DNA of 56,082 nucleotides, the filler included, from Stramenopiles sp. TOSAG23-6 (lineage: Eukaryota), in NCBI GenBank assembly GCA_900128565.1. It is 3 parts of 3 records of this genome, joined end to end, with 100 filler letters (N's around TTAATTAATTAA, not from the genome) between each part and the next. Parts side by side here need not be neighbours in the genome. Positions count along the whole stretch, not along the records: positions 1 to 18,804 come from LT636059.1; positions 18,905 to 37,552 come from LT636060.1; 1 more part is not named here. The stretch is one strand, 5' to 3'. The translations under genes were made by a program, and so were the position numbers. Of the stretch, positions 12,219 through 23,586 are shown piece by piece. How positions within the stretch are numbered: position 1 is the stretch's first letter; each line of letters opens with the position of its first letter. The notes beneath the pieces were generated by a model. The model ran no database searches and was not told where the DNA came from. It was given only the letters and a program-made list of their open reading frames with translations.

Positions 12219-12378
12219 TTGAATGTAAACATATATAAATTTCAGGAAGTCAAAATGTTTTTATTTTGTGTGAAATAAACTATTATAAAAACACGAAATA
12301 TGTTTTTNANTTTNTCTATTTTTNGTATCAGTCTTNATAAAAATACGAAATATGTTTTTAATTTTCTCTATTTTTGCA

Positions 12379-13233
12379 TCAGTCAATAATTTGGAGTAGT
12401 GCTGAAGCTAAGAGAGGAATGAGAGTGCGGTAAGTTTCAACGACTGCATTTTGAATTGCTTCATCCAAAATAGCTCTATCAGCAGTTAACGGAGGGAAGC
12501 CTGCTAATTCTCTATAATTTCTAATACGATTTCTTCTGGTTTCTTCAACCTCATCATCCGTTTTATCTGGAAGTGCCCTGTGTATGTCAAACACTTCTTC
12601 TAATATTCCATCGATCCTAAATATTTCTTCGTCTAGTTCTACACTGTCGCAAAGTGGTGTCGTTAAGTCTTTCCCTTGGTATATTTTCATTGACTTACCT
12701 TTAATCAACAGGTTGTCCACGCTTTTCTGTTCATTTATTGTTGTCACAGGAGTAAGACTTGTTTGAGTTGAACAAGTATTCGATAAACTCAAATTTCTAG
12801 ATATTTTGCTACCTCTTTTATCTTTTCTGAATTCCGTTTCATTCTGAAGATTTTGCAGAGCTTCTGCACTAGTGGAATTGTCACAATATTTATAATTGGG
12901 AAATATACCTTTACCGCAAACGCGTAGATATGGGAAATGAGAGGTCCACTCGGAACACTCTGGTTTTCGCTGTGTCCATATTTGTTGAGAACGTATATGC
13001 TCACGCAAGTCTAGAGCATGCACACCCTCACTTTGGTTGTTATCTAGAGTATTATATCGAGAAGTATCAATGTCTGTGCTCTTTTCCTCTGTACATTTAC
13101 CTTTCTGATTCTTATTGTTTCTATCAGGGAAAGAGCATGAAGCAAATAGTTCATCATCAATAGCTGCAATAATGTTTTCAACCTTGGTTGTAGAACGACA
13201 ATGCTCCTCTGCAAGGACTGATTCAAAATCCAT
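12379..13233 (-). CDS. FAM149-like (DUF3719) protein
   Basis: IDDELF and ECSEWTSHFPYLRVCGK resemble the FAM149 conserved block; EEIFRIDGILEE. Confidence 0.6.
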   Translation of the reverse strand: MDFESVLAEEHCRSTTKVENIIAAIDDELFASCSFPDRNNKNQKGKCTEEKSTDIDTSRYNTLDNNQSEGVHALDLREHIRSQQIWTQRKPECSEWTSHFPYLRVCGKGIFPNYKYCDNSTSAEALQNLQNETEFRKDKRGSKISRNLSLSNTCSTQTSLTPVTTINEQKSVDNLLIKGKSMKIYQGKDLTTPLCDSVELDEEIFRIDGILEEVFDIHRALPDKTDDEVEETRRNRIRNYRELAGFPPLTADRAILDEAIQNAVVETYRTLIPLLASALLQIID

Positions 13234-13373
13234 AAAGCATAAGAAGTTTCTTCAAAGAATGAGATTACTCTGTCTGTGTGTTGTTGTTTTTTCCCGATTT
13301 GTTCTGTTTTGAACTTTTGACAGACATCAAAATTTGAAATTTTTAAATTTAATTAATTTTTATTTGTTTGGTT

Positions 13374-15716
13374 TTAAAATCGTATTTTTCTTCGGTGTTT
13401 TTTTCTAGATAAGGGTTTCGATTCAAATACAAATTTATCATGATTAGGGTTAGGCTTACTACCCCTATTTTTTTCAAATTTATGTTTCTTAATTAACTCC
13501 CGCATGCTTNCATGTAAATGTTTTGTTTCCGTTCTATATTTTTCCGTTGAACTAGGGTTAGGGTTAGAACTTTCTCTATCACTGATAGCCATGCCATTAT
13601 TTTCATTGAATTCTTCATGCAAAATAGATAGTGAGTTTTCATATGAATTTTTATAAGAAAGATATTCTGCTTCTGTGATGATACCGTCTCCATTAAGGTC
13701 CATTGCACGAAATGAAGGAAGTTTTGTACCAAATTTCCTATTAGGGTTAGGGTTACCAACAAAATTATTACTATTTTTCGTTTTCAATCTTTTATTAGAT
13801 TTCTTCTTACCATCGGTCACATTAACGGGGGTTATATTGTACTTGTTACTACTGGGAACGTATAAAGACGAAGCGCGAATCATTTTTAAATTTTTCATAT
13901 CTTTTTGAAGCGTCTCTCCTCCAGACAATCCGAAATTGAGAATATCTTTACCCATTAGTGGAAGACTCTTTGTATGGCTTAACTTGTTGTTAAATGGTGT
14001 ATACCCAGAATATTTTCTGATACTGCTAGCATTACTCAAGTTACTCTCAGATCTACTAAATTCATAGACCCCTTTTTCTTGAGTAGGTTTAATCAATCCT
14101 TCACGTAAAGATTTCTGTATGAAATCATCACTATCTTCATCACTCAAATGTTTCCCCCTATTACCTCTATTTCTTGGTGTTGGCGGTGCCATTCTTGACA
14201 TTTTCTTTGTATTACTATCATCATTCCGACCAACATCCAACCCTAACCCCAACCCAAATCCAGATTGTTGAACTTCAGTATTCATCGTATCTAATTTACT
14301 TGAAATTCCTTGGAGAGATTCACTTCTACAAACTACTGCATGACTTCTGCGTCTACTGCCACGTCTCGTTTTCACATTTTTACCTCCACTTAAAGCAGAC
14401 GCCATTGTGGTTTTGGTTATGGTAGGCGAATTAACCCGGCGACTATGAAGCATTTTCCGCAGAGGGGACGGAAGTTTTGGTGCATCATCTACTACATCCT
14501 TTTTGGAATCAATTGATACAGCTAAATGGCTAGTTCCTTTTGCCGCAACGGCCAATTCAGCTACAGATGGAAGATTCGTTCCCGCTACAGGTAACGCTTC
14601 ATTATTATATTGAGCTAATGAAGATTTTTGAATTAACAGTACTTTGGCCTTATCAACCGCCTCACTAATGGATTCAACCCAAGCTTCTTTTGTAAAGACA
14701 GAATCTGCACGAAGAATATGAGCACCTGATGGACTAACAAGTGCAAAACAGCGAGCATCATTTGTATATTTCTCAGCCTCTCTCGAAGACAAATTTGTAA
14801 CAAGATCAACCACTCTTTGAATATCGCCTCTGACATCGATCGTTTCAAGTGCAAGAACATGCGACAGTGTGACAGTTCCTGAAAAATTGCCTGTAGTACC
14901 ATATGCTAAAGTATCATTGAAAAGCAAGAAAACCCGTTGGCTAAAACCACCACTGTGTTTTCGTTTCCAAAGAGTGCCTTCTTTGATAAGAGTTCTATTC
15001 AGCGATGGTTCCAATTTGACACTTTGTCCACGAAATCTGTGACGCAACTGTAGAGCAGCTGTTGCTTCTTCCTTGACTGCCATGAACTCTTCACATTTCT
15101 TTGTACTTTCCATCACACCTTCAATAGCTGCTTCTAAAGCCTTACGACGCGGATGGTCGGGCTGATCAGGGTGAGTAAATTTCAATAATTCCCTTAGTAG
15201 TAATGTATATCGAGGTAGACGTTGAACTGGCTTTATAAGTAAAGAACCCATTGATTGACCATGACCTAATGTTCGCCGTCGGTTAGTGGACTTGACATGC
15301 ATTCCACGGTTAGCACAAAACTTCGCAAAACGTCTATTCTTTCTTAGTAATTTGTCTACTAGATCTAAAGATTCTTCACAATTTTCGTAATACATATGAT
15401 ACATTTTGAAAAATGGTGAAAATTCACAAAAAACACGACCTACATCACCTTCAACACCTACCAATTCTAAATCTGAGAGCAATTTCTTATTCAATTCATA
15501 AATAAGTTCTACATTTGAAAATACGTCGCGGATATCATTAAGTGAAATGGTTGGTTTTCCATTCAGAGCCAAGTCACGCAAAGGCTGCACAAACTTCTCC
15601 ACTAAAGTTCGAAGATCGGCCACATAAGCCTTTTCACTGCGAATTGCTTCACTAGCAACTGCATTGAGCATTGATAAGATCTCATCAGGGTCATAATCGA
15701 GGTAATTAAACCCCAT
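13374..15716 (-). CDS. RhoGEF (DH-PH) protein with a C-terminal EF-hand-like motif
   Basis: EAIRSEKAYV, LIKPVQRLPRYTLLLRELLK (DH); LIKEGTLWK...FLLFND...EAWVESI (PH); MDLNGDGIITEAEY. Confidence 0.92.
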   Translation of the reverse strand: MGFNYLDYDPDEILSMLNAVASEAIRSEKAYVADLRTLVEKFVQPLRDLALNGKPTISLNDIRDVFSNVELIYELNKKLLSDLELVGVEGDVGRVFCEFSPFFKMYHMYYENCEESLDLVDKLLRKNRRFAKFCANRGMHVKSTNRRRTLGHGQSMGSLLIKPVQRLPRYTLLLRELLKFTHPDQPDHPRRKALEAAIEGVMESTKKCEEFMAVKEEATAALQLRHRFRGQSVKLEPSLNRTLIKEGTLWKRKHSGGFSQRVFLLFNDTLAYGTTGNFSGTVTLSHVLALETIDVRGDIQRVVDLVTNLSSREAEKYTNDARCFALVSPSGAHILRADSVFTKEAWVESISEAVDKAKVLLIQKSSLAQYNNEALPVAGTNLPSVAELAVAAKGTSHLAVSIDSKKDVVDDAPKLPSPLRKMLHSRRVNSPTITKTTMASALSGGKNVKTRRGSRRRSHAVVCRSESLQGISSKLDTMNTEVQQSGFGLGLGLDVGRNDDSNTKKMSRMAPPTPRNRGNRGKHLSDEDSDDFIQKSLREGLIKPTQEKGVYEFSRSESNLSNASSIRKYSGYTPFNNKLSHTKSLPLMGKDILNFGLSGGETLQKDMKNLKMIRASSLYVPSSNKYNITPVNVTDGKKKSNKRLKTKNSNNFVGNPNPNRKFGTKLPSFRAMDLNGDGIITEAEYLSYKNSYENSLSILHEEFNENNGMAISDRESSNPNPSSTEKYRTETKHLHXSMRELIKKHKFEKNRGSKPNPNHDKFVFESKPLSRKKHRRKIRF

Positions 15717-15878
15717 GCCAAATCTAATCTATGCTACTATATTATTCTATAGAATAGAGATCAGATCGGATCTATAGATCGAGAGATCTCAGTATTTTTC
15801 AAACGCAAACAAAGTTAAAAAAAAAAAATATGTTTGGAACAGGTTTGCGCCAAATTTTTATTTTTTATTTTTTATTTT

Positions 15879-17318
15879 TCAAAGATGATCACTCGATAAA
15901 AATAAATCATTAATTTCTTTGTCTGGATCCCCAAAAAAAATATCTTCACTACTAGATTCATTGCTACTACTATTAAAGGGAGGATCATTTTTTTTGTTAT
16001 TTTTAAAATGAATCGACATATTATTATGTGTAGAGCTTGAAATACTTGGATTCATTGTATTCTCATTAACAGTAGGGTTGTGGCTATTTATATTTATTTG
16101 ACTTTTAGTATCTTTTGTGTTTTCTATGTCTTTTGATTCATTTGTTTCATTTGATTCATTTGTTTCATTTGATTCATTCGTTCCATTTGATTCATTCGAT
16201 TCATTTGTTTCATTTGATTCATTCGTTTCATTTGATTTTAGTGGGATTTCTAAAGATTTATTTTCTAATGTTTCATGGGAACTCTGAATGTTAGTATTTT
16301 GATGGACAGTTTCGTTTACAGATATTAAAGGTATAGAATCTTCTGTTCTCATTGCAACGGCTACAGCAGCAGCTGAAGAGCCAATTCCGACTCGAGGTAA
16401 TGGAGACTTTGTATCCTCCGAAACACGAAATCCTTTTTCTTTACACTTTTTGAAATGATCACTTGCGATTTCTACAATGTCAAATGTTGATAGTAATTTA
16501 GATAAGACATTTTCAGGGACTATTTTAGCTTCAACGTTTCTCGCTGCTGCGTCAATAAGCCGTTTCAACCTTGGTTTGCTCTGCTGAAGAAAATCGACAA
16601 CATCATATAGTAACTCAGTCGGTTTTTCTTTTGAATCTAGCATCTCATTTACCATATCTCCATATAATTCAGCCTGAGATTCTACAACTAATAGGTCATT
16701 GAGGAGTTTCTGATTAGCATCAGATGGAATATTTTGGACCGTTTCGCTTAGAACAGACACATTTTCAACTGGCAATGCCGATATTTCACTTTTTTTCGGA
16801 GTTGCCGATATTTCACTTTTTTTCGGAGTTGCCGATATTTCACTTTTTTTCGAAGCTACCTTGTCGTGGGTTATGCCCATATTTTCCAATCTAGAGTAAA
16901 TATCATGAAATGCTCTACGGTTATCGTTACTATATTTGTCCTGTGGTGTATCTTCTAGTGTTTCTTTCCATTTTTTGATGAGTTGCAAAGCTTTACTTTG
17001 TGCAGTTGGACCTTTAGAGCAACGGGCAACTCCCTCAATAAGAATAAGAATATCGGAATTTACTATCATAGTGTGCACTTGAGTATCAGCTTTCTCCATT
17101 AGTTTTTCGATAAGTCCAAGAGTTAGTAAAATTATATTCTCATTTCGTTGGAGTAACCGTTGTGCTACTGTACTGAGTACAAGGTCCAAATTTTGCACGT
17201 CTTCTGCAATCAAATCACAAATATTTGTTTGTGTCTTACCTGTCGCCTCAACTTCACCTGTTGTTGCACGGAGGATGAGTTCTACAATAGGCAGATCTAC
17301 ATCCCCCTCTCTTGACAT
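15879..17318 (-). CDS. VHS plus GAT domain protein (TOM1/TOL-like)
   Basis: ILRAT, NICDLI, LTLGLIEKL, KALQLIKKW (VHS); helical GAT-like region; low-complexity tail. Confidence 0.7.
   Translation of the reverse strand: MSREGDVDLPIVELILRATTGEVEATGKTQTNICDLIAEDVQNLDLVLSTVAQRLLQRNENIILLTLGLIEKLMEKADTQVHTMIVNSDILILIEGVARCSKGPTAQSKALQLIKKWKETLEDTPQDKYSNDNRRAFHDIYSRLENMGITHDKVASKKSEISATPKKSEISATPKKSEISALPVENVSVLSETVQNIPSDANQKLLNDLLVVESQAELYGDMVNEMLDSKEKPTELLYDVVDFLQQSKPRLKRLIDAAARNVEAKIVPENVLSKLLSTFDIVEIASDHFKKCKEKGFRVSEDTKSPLPRVGIGSSAAAVAVAMRTEDSIPLISVNETVHQNTNIQSSHETLENKSLEIPLKSNETNESNETNESNESNGTNESNETNESNETNESKDIENTKDTKSQININSHNPTVNENTMNPSISSSTHNNMSIHFKNNKKNDPPFNSSSNESSSEDIFFGDPDKEINDLFLSSDHL
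16135..16236 (-). repeat. 9-bp coding minisatellite (NE[ST])n
   Basis: Alternating TTTGATTCA/TTTGTTTCA units. Confidence 0.85.
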
Positions 17319-17681
17319 CTTTGATTTCTTTTGAATTCAATTGATTACTTACTTCTTTTCTTTTTTACCCTCGCGACTGTGAATTATTTCTCAGAGTTTG
17401 CTAGATGGAATTGGACATCGACGAATTGACGACATCGATCAAAATCAAAAAAAATGACATTCGATTTATTTCACAGTTACAAAAAAGAACTGTATCCTTG
17501 CTATTATAGGTAGTAATAAGGATACTATCGCAAACAAGTATTCATTCAACCGTTGACCTTCACTCCTTACTAAGTGATCAGTCAAAAATATTACCGCTAA
17601 CTAAAGGTTAGAAATGTTAACGCAACTAGGTTTGATAAGTAAATAGTTTCAATATCTATCGATTGACTTTTTTTTTTATTC

Positions 17682-18751
17682 ATGCCACGTACTAAGACTC
17701 CAATACAACGAGCAGATTCTCTGCTTCGTTCTGAAAAACCGGAAGAGTCCTTCGAGATTGTTTCAAAAATATTAGAGACTGAACATGAAAACTGCGAAGA
17801 TCTTTTCCTTCGTTCGCGTATTCATCGAAAGCTCGGTAGATTTGCAGCTGCAGCTGAAGATTTGTCTCGTCTGATTCGTTTAAATGCAAAATATGATACT
17901 GCACTGGCGCACCGTGGGTCTGATTTAGCAGAACTTGGACTTTTCACATTAGCAATTCGCGACTTCTCTAGTGCTTTACGTTTAAATCATGAAGATTCTG
18001 CGACGTATTTCAATCGAGCCGAAAGTTTTATACAATTAAAAAAATGGAAGTGTGCGATAAAAGATTTTTCTCAATATATAAAGTATGAAAAGAAGGACGC
18101 GGAGTCTTATTGTCAAAGATCAAAGTGCTACAAAGCCATAGGTAATTACAAACTGGCGGCAGAAGATTTCAATAGAGCTGTCTTGATTGATCCAAGATGT
18201 GTGTCAAAATCATGTTATTCTCATTTACATCATTTTTTAGATTCAAAAAAGAAAATATCAAATACTAGTAACGAAGTAAAGAATACAAAGAACCAAAACA
18301 ACACAAGAAGCCCTAACCCTAATCCAGCAACTGTGGTTGAAGTAGGAAAAGAATCTAAATCGAATAAAATTTCATCAAAAAAGTTAAGTAATGTTAAAGG
18401 ACCAAAAAAGACCCCAAGAATCCAAGTTTCAAAGGGGAAAAAAAATGCGGGGACCAAACCTACAAATGACATTAAAGATGATATTGAAGCATATAGAAAC
18501 GACATGAAGGTGGTTATTGGTGATATTGAAGCATATAGAAAAGACATGGATGAGGAGGCTCAGAGGATTAGGGTTCGACCAGCCATAAAATATAGTAACC
18601 CTAACCCTAATCAAATAACATCCCCAAGAAGTAGAAAAAAACAAAAAATAAAAAGTAAAAACGAAAAAAGAGTTAAATTTGGTGAAGTTGTAGTACGAGA
18701 TTACAAACGGCAATTAGGAGGTAGCGGTGGAGTTCCAGAAAGAGGTGGGAT
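17682..18751 (+). CDS. TPR-repeat protein (3'-partial; interrupted by an intron at 18752 that runs into the contig end)
   Basis: Several TPRs (ALAHRG..A..DFS.A; TYFNRA; SYCQRS..A..DF). Confidence 0.8.
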
Positions 18752-18804
18752 GTATGTTTTATTTTTTTCAATTTCGAATTTATTTTTCGTACGAAATTTT
18801 GTAC
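18752..18804 (+). mobile_element. 5' part of an introner-like intron, cut by the contig end
   Basis: AT|GTATGTTTT...TTTTCGTACGAAATTTTGTAC. Confidence 0.8.
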
Positions 18805-18904
18805 NNNNNNNNNNNNNNNNNNNNNNNNNNNNNNNNNNNNNNNNNNNNTTAATTAATTAANNNNNNNNNNNNNNNNNNNNNNNNNNNNNNNNNNNNNNNN
18901 NNNN
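18805..18904. other. Artificial contig linker (Ns plus TTAATTAATTAA six-frame stop)
   Basis: 100-nt N spacer with the palindromic all-frame stop motif; an identical structure is at 37553-37652. Confidence 0.95.
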
Positions 18905-18963
18905 TTTTCGTACGAAATGTTGTACCTAACGATTTTTTTTTGAAATATTTTTCCAAAATGCAT
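18905..18963 (+). mobile_element. 3' part of an introner-like intron, ending CAT
   Basis: TTTTCGTACGAAATGTTGTACCTAAC...CCAAAATGCAT|AGA. Confidence 0.75.
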
Positions 18964-19731
18964 AGACCGCAAATTATGAGAACATTTTCGGAGCCTCCTA
19001 TTCGCTTAACTCAAAATAATTGGGCAAGAAAATCAAATAGTTCAAAGAGTAAATTGAGTATTAAAAGTCCCATGAGCTTTCACGGTGCCGATCTAAAAGT
19101 AGATAACACTTTAAAGAATCCTGTAAATATCGATGAAAATGAAAGCTGGAACTCTTCACTTGCAACATGTACTGAAGTGAGTTACGTGTATGAAGATTGT
19201 AGGAGGGGTACTGGTCATGCGAAAAATCTTAAAAGTCAACGTGATTTTTTAGAGCGAATAAGAATGCGCACTTGGGTAGCTGAACCTTGGAAAACTGTTC
19301 AAATTCGATCTGGTGCATGTTTTGATCTTGTATTTGAAGTAAAAGCAAATTGTCCAATCATGTGGGATTGGAAAATTATCATTGATAATCCAAAGTTGGC
19401 GTCAATTTATCGGTTTGTTCCTTCAATGTTGACATTAGACATCAAATTTACAGTGTACTTTGAATCTGAAATCTCTGCGAGGAAAAAGGCTTTTGCTGGA
19501 AGTCCTAATCGTTCTCGGAGTTTGAGAAGTAGCAGGACATCCGTTGGTGTTGATCATGGATTTAGGATATTTCCAATAAGAAGTAAGGATCGTAACCTTG
19601 TCCGACATACTGGATGTTTTGAACCGCCTGTTGATGGAACTTTGACACTGCTTTGGGACAATATGCAAAGCGTTGTTTGGCCGAAAACAGTATCATTTCG
19701 TAGTAGACAATGCGTACAAAGTTCAAAGTAA
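18964..19731 (+). CDS. Last exon of a GOLD-domain-like protein (5'-partial)
   Basis: WDWK..DIKFTVYF..G.FEPPVDGTLTLLWDN..S...PKTVSF fits a GOLD beta-sandwich. Confidence 0.65.
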   Translation, partial: RPQIMRTFSEPPIRLTQNNWARKSNSSKSKLSIKSPMSFHGADLKVDNTLKNPVNIDENESWNSSLATCTEVSYVYEDCRRGTGHAKNLKSQRDFLERIRMRTWVAEPWKTVQIRSGACFDLVFEVKANCPIMWDWKIIIDNPKLASIYRFVPSMLTLDIKFTVYFESEISARKKAFAGSPNRSRSLRSSRTSVGVDHGFRIFPIRSKDRNLVRHTGCFEPPVDGTLTLLWDNMQSVVWPKTVSFRSRQCVQSSK

Positions 19732-19887
19732 ATATATGTTTTCTATTTGTCTATTGTAATATCAGTATGCATCATCTATTTTGTAGAGTATAGTTCTTTA
19801 AATGAGATTTTTCAAGTATAAATTATAAATTGAATGTGATTTAATACTTTTATAAAGTTTTATTGAAATTATTCAAGGAAATTATAC

Positions 19888-22800
19888 TTAAATGAGTGGC
19901 AGTGAATCATCATTCTTCTTTGGTGATCTAGATGTAGATTTTGAACGTCGCCTTGCCGCAGCCTTTAATTTTCTTTGTTCACTAGGACAAGGCAGATTAA
20001 ATACCAACGATCCAAACATCTTAGTGTTACGCTGCCGAGCTTGTGCTTTTATCTTCTTATTATGCGCATCTCGTCTTCTTACGCGTTCCATTTCTCTATT
20101 ATCTTTCAATTTTGATGCATTGGGGGGGAAATGACTTCTCAAGGCAGTCACAGATCCTATGCTTAACTCATCATGCTGTATTTTAATTGGTTCTACTTGT
20201 GATTTTACTTTTGTGTTTTTTACTCTTTGTGTTTCAATATCATGTGTAAATTGTACAATGTTTCCTGTAGCTTCATGTTGATGTTGTTTCATCTTTTGTA
20301 CACTCTCCCTGAGATGCGACTTTTTCAATTGAATTTGATCTCCTATCCACGTGGCACACTTGACATATCCATAATATTCCGCTATATTTTGGGCACTCAT
20401 TCCATTGGCTGTGCACGACTGTAACCACGCTAGAGGTTGTGCATGTGCTAGTTCACATACATCAAGTAACCACTCTATGAATAATAAATGACCGCCTTCA
20501 GCAGCAGCGTGAAGAGCCGTAGCTTCTCTATTATCGCCCGTCCAAAGAAAATTTGCAAAACGTGAACCATCATGCAGGTCCTGCTGCTTTGCAATACTAG
20601 CTATCCATTTAGCGGTATTTATATGCCCACCAGCAGCAGCAAGAAGCATCGGAGTTTTACCATAATTATCTCGCGACTCAATTCTTGCACCATGTTTTAC
20701 TAAAATCTTGCATATTTCAAGTTGACCTCGTTTTGCAGCACAATGCAAAGGTTGAGAACCATTTTTATCGATAGAAATTGAACTTACACCAATGCCAAAT
20801 AAAACTTTAGCGACAGAGACACTACCACATAGAGCCGCAATGTGTAATGCAGATCGTCCTTGTTCATCTAATGGAGATCTCAAATCACTTTTCAAATTTC
20901 TACTTTTATCTCGTGTTAGTATTTCATGCACATGCCCTGCTTGCCCAGCAGAAACCGCACTATATAATTCTCTTTTCCATTTGACATTCAAAATTCCTCC
21001 TTTTTTTTTACCTTTATGTGGACTTCGACTTTTTCTAAGTGGACTTTTACTACTTGGACTTTTTCTACTTGGACTTTGACTTTTTCTACTTGGACTTTGA
21101 CTTTTTCTACTTGGACTTTGACTTCGTCTGCTTACACTTCGACTTTGTCTGCTTACACTTCGACTTCGTCTACTTACACTCCTACTGTTTGTACTTTTTG
21201 ATTTATGAAAACTTTCCGCACTGAGAACAAAAGATTCAGCTGTACAAGGTCTCATTTCTTCAGACGATGGAACATAATTTTTTTGTGTTGTTTTACCCAT
21301 AGCAACGGCTTGTTTACTTGCCGTATGTAGTGCATCAAGACTCACTAAGGACTGAAAATGAGGCCACGTTACTTTATCGATTCCACCAGAAGCACCCAAC
21401 TCACTGCCAAGATTACAAGTATGAAAGTAGGACCAAATATTCTTCATTTCCAGTTCATCCATTCGAATACCATTCATACGTAGTCCATGGACAAATCCCG
21501 GGTATGATACATGATCATCTTCGTCAGGATTCATACTCAACCATATCTGTTGTGTTGTTCGTCCTTTATTGTACAAACGGACGCGAAGCTTGTCTAACTG
21601 TGACATTCCTCCAGATCTCGAAGATCTTGAATGTGGTTGGTTATACTTATGTTTCGTAGGTACGGTCGAAAGATTATTTTCTTTAGAAAAATAATCATCT
21701 ATTTCATCAAAAGCTTTATCGAGAGAAGCTCCATGCGTACCATCTTCAGATACGATTGTCGACCAACCACTCGCTATTGTCTCTAGTATATGTGATGGCA
21801 TCAAAGGTGCTTCAGGAATACTATTTAAACTTTCATCACCACATATTTTGTTGGTTTGTTTTGGTTGTTTTGGCGAGCCAACTAAAACACTAGCACTATC
21901 ACCTATTTCATAACAATAATCCTCCTTTACTTTTTCTTGTCTTTCAAATTCAATATCCGTTGCAAGCAAGGCATTTAACTGTTCTTCGGTTTCCTTGGCA
22001 GCTTTTGACAATGATAGTGCATAAAGTTCTTCATGTGTATGATTCATATTTTGATCTACTAGTAATTTTAATCGATTTTCAACAAGCCATAATTCCTTTT
22101 GAATACGTCGTAGTTGAAACGTTAGAGATTCCCGTTTTGTCTTTTGTGAAAATTTTATCCTTTTTATATTTAATGCATTAGTATCCATGTTATTTTCAGA
22201 AAAAAGAGTGTCATCTCTTTCTGTTTTCAAATTTGTACTATTTTGAATTTTGTTTTGTGAGTTTTCGTTCCTTTGATTGTCATTATCGATTATGTTGAGG
22301 GCAGACAGGGATCCGTCCCTAGTTGAAATATCATGATCAAGCTCGATGTTTTCTGTTGATCTACCCCTAGTTGAAATATCATGATCAAGCTTGTTGTTTT
22401 CTGTTGATCTACCCCTAGTTGAAATATCATGATCAAGCTTGATGTTTTCTGTTGCATCATGTCTCATTAAAGATTCTGTTGATGTATTTGAAACTTTAAA
22501 ATCCACTTGCTCATCAAGAATGATTAAATCACCAATACTAACTTCATCTTCATCGCCATTACTATATCGCACAGCAACATCTCCATCGTCACATATTTGA
22601 ACTACAGTTCCAATGATTCGTTCGGCGTTTAGATCATATTCATTATAAACACTGACTTTTGTTCCTACTTTTATTTTTTCTACTCTTTTGTTGTCTATAT
22701 CTCTTACTATTGAATCGTTTGACTTTTTCCCACCAGAATTCTCCTCCTTTGCAATTGATACATCAATTACAGTGCTATTTGTGTTAGCCAATGCCGAATG

Positions 22801-23586
22801 TTTCGACTCTTTTTCACCCTCTTTTGCAACTGATACACCATTCACAGTATTATTTGGATTAGCTACTGCTGAACTTTTCGACTCTTTTATTTCATTTTGT
22901 GGAACTGTCTTCTCCGTTTTCATGTCCTTTTCTGCTTGTAAAGAATCAACAGTGGCAAAAAAACCGCTAGATTCGCCATTGGAATTATTTGAAGGACTTG
23001 ATGTTAATACACCAATTGCATAATTACTTGTGCTACTCTTAATGCCTTTTGGTTTATCTTTACTATATTTTGTTTCAATTTCATTGGTCTCTTCAAATAC
23101 AGAAGCTTTTACACTGTCATTACTTGAAATGGCTACATCATTATCTGCTCTAGCTCCAAACTTTAATCGTACTGTAGCAAGAGCTACTTTTGCTATCGTT
23201 CGAAGACGTTGAAGAGGCTTCTTCTTTTTCTTTTTACTATTTGACGGAAGGATAATCAAATCATTTATATTTACTTCATCTTCATCACCATTAGCATATC
23301 GTACAGCAACATCTCCATCTTTACACAGTTCAACGATAGTTCCTTCTATTCTTGGGGCACTTGCATCGAACTCATCTGGAACACTCACTCTTACACCTAC
23401 TCTACACTTCAAACGAACGGCAGCGAGTGCTACGGTCGATAATGTCCGTAAACTTGAAAGCTGCAGGTTTGGCGGAGGCATATGAAAAGGCTCTGTAACT
23501 ATACCATTTTTTATTTTAATTTCTGTAGAGTTGGAAGTATTCAGTTGTTTATCAACGTCGACAAGTTTTGACTCTGCCGCTGCCAT
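19888..23586 (-). CDS. Large protein with two SH3/Tudor-like repeats, an EF-hand-like region, an RS-rich tract and ankyrin repeats (copy 1)
   Basis: GRSALHIAA, GSQPLHCAAKRG, GKTPMLLAA; duplicated G.V...C.DGDVAVRY.NGDEDEV.I.DL module. Confidence 0.82.
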   Translation of the reverse strand: MAAAESKLVDVDKQLNTSNSTEIKIKNGIVTEPFHMPPPNLQLSSLRTLSTVALAAVRLKCRVGVRVSVPDEFDASAPRIEGTIVELCKDGDVAVRYANGDEDEVNINDLIILPSNSKKKKKKPLQRLRTIAKVALATVRLKFGARADNDVAISSNDSVKASVFEETNEIETKYSKDKPKGIKSSTSNYAIGVLTSSPSNNSNGESSGFFATVDSLQAEKDMKTEKTVPQNEIKESKSSAVANPNNTVNGVSVAKEGEKESKHSALANTNSTVIDVSIAKEENSGGKKSNDSIVRDIDNKRVEKIKVGTKVSVYNEYDLNAERIIGTVVQICDDGDVAVRYSNGDEDEVSIGDLIILDEQVDFKVSNTSTESLMRHDATENIKLDHDISTRGRSTENNKLDHDISTRGRSTENIELDHDISTRDGSLSALNIIDNDNQRNENSQNKIQNSTNLKTERDDTLFSENNMDTNALNIKRIKFSQKTKRESLTFQLRRIQKELWLVENRLKLLVDQNMNHTHEELYALSLSKAAKETEEQLNALLATDIEFERQEKVKEDYCYEIGDSASVLVGSPKQPKQTNKICGDESLNSIPEAPLMPSHILETIASGWSTIVSEDGTHGASLDKAFDEIDDYFSKENNLSTVPTKHKYNQPHSRSSRSGGMSQLDKLRVRLYNKGRTTQQIWLSMNPDEDDHVSYPGFVHGLRMNGIRMDELEMKNIWSYFHTCNLGSELGASGGIDKVTWPHFQSLVSLDALHTASKQAVAMGKTTQKNYVPSSEEMRPCTAESFVLSAESFHKSKSTNSRSVSRRSRSVSRQSRSVSRRSQSPSRKSQSPSRKSQSPSRKSPSSKSPLRKSRSPHKGKKKGGILNVKWKRELYSAVSAGQAGHVHEILTRDKSRNLKSDLRSPLDEQGRSALHIAALCGSVSVAKVLFGIGVSSISIDKNGSQPLHCAAKRGQLEICKILVKHGARIESRDNYGKTPMLLAAAGGHINTAKWIASIAKQQDLHDGSRFANFLWTGDNREATALHAAAEGGHLLFIEWLLDVCELAHAQPLAWLQSCTANGMSAQNIAEYYGYVKCATWIGDQIQLKKSHLRESVQKMKQHQHEATGNIVQFTHDIETQRVKNTKVKSQVEPIKIQHDELSIGSVTALRSHFPPNASKLKDNREMERVRRRDAHNKKIKAQARQRNTKMFGSLVFNLPCPSEQRKLKAAARRRSKSTSRSPKKNDDSLPLI

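Noticed and set aside
18849-18860. TTAATTAATTAA as a biological motif
   Set aside because: It is centred in N runs and repeated identically, so it is an artificial concatenation linker.
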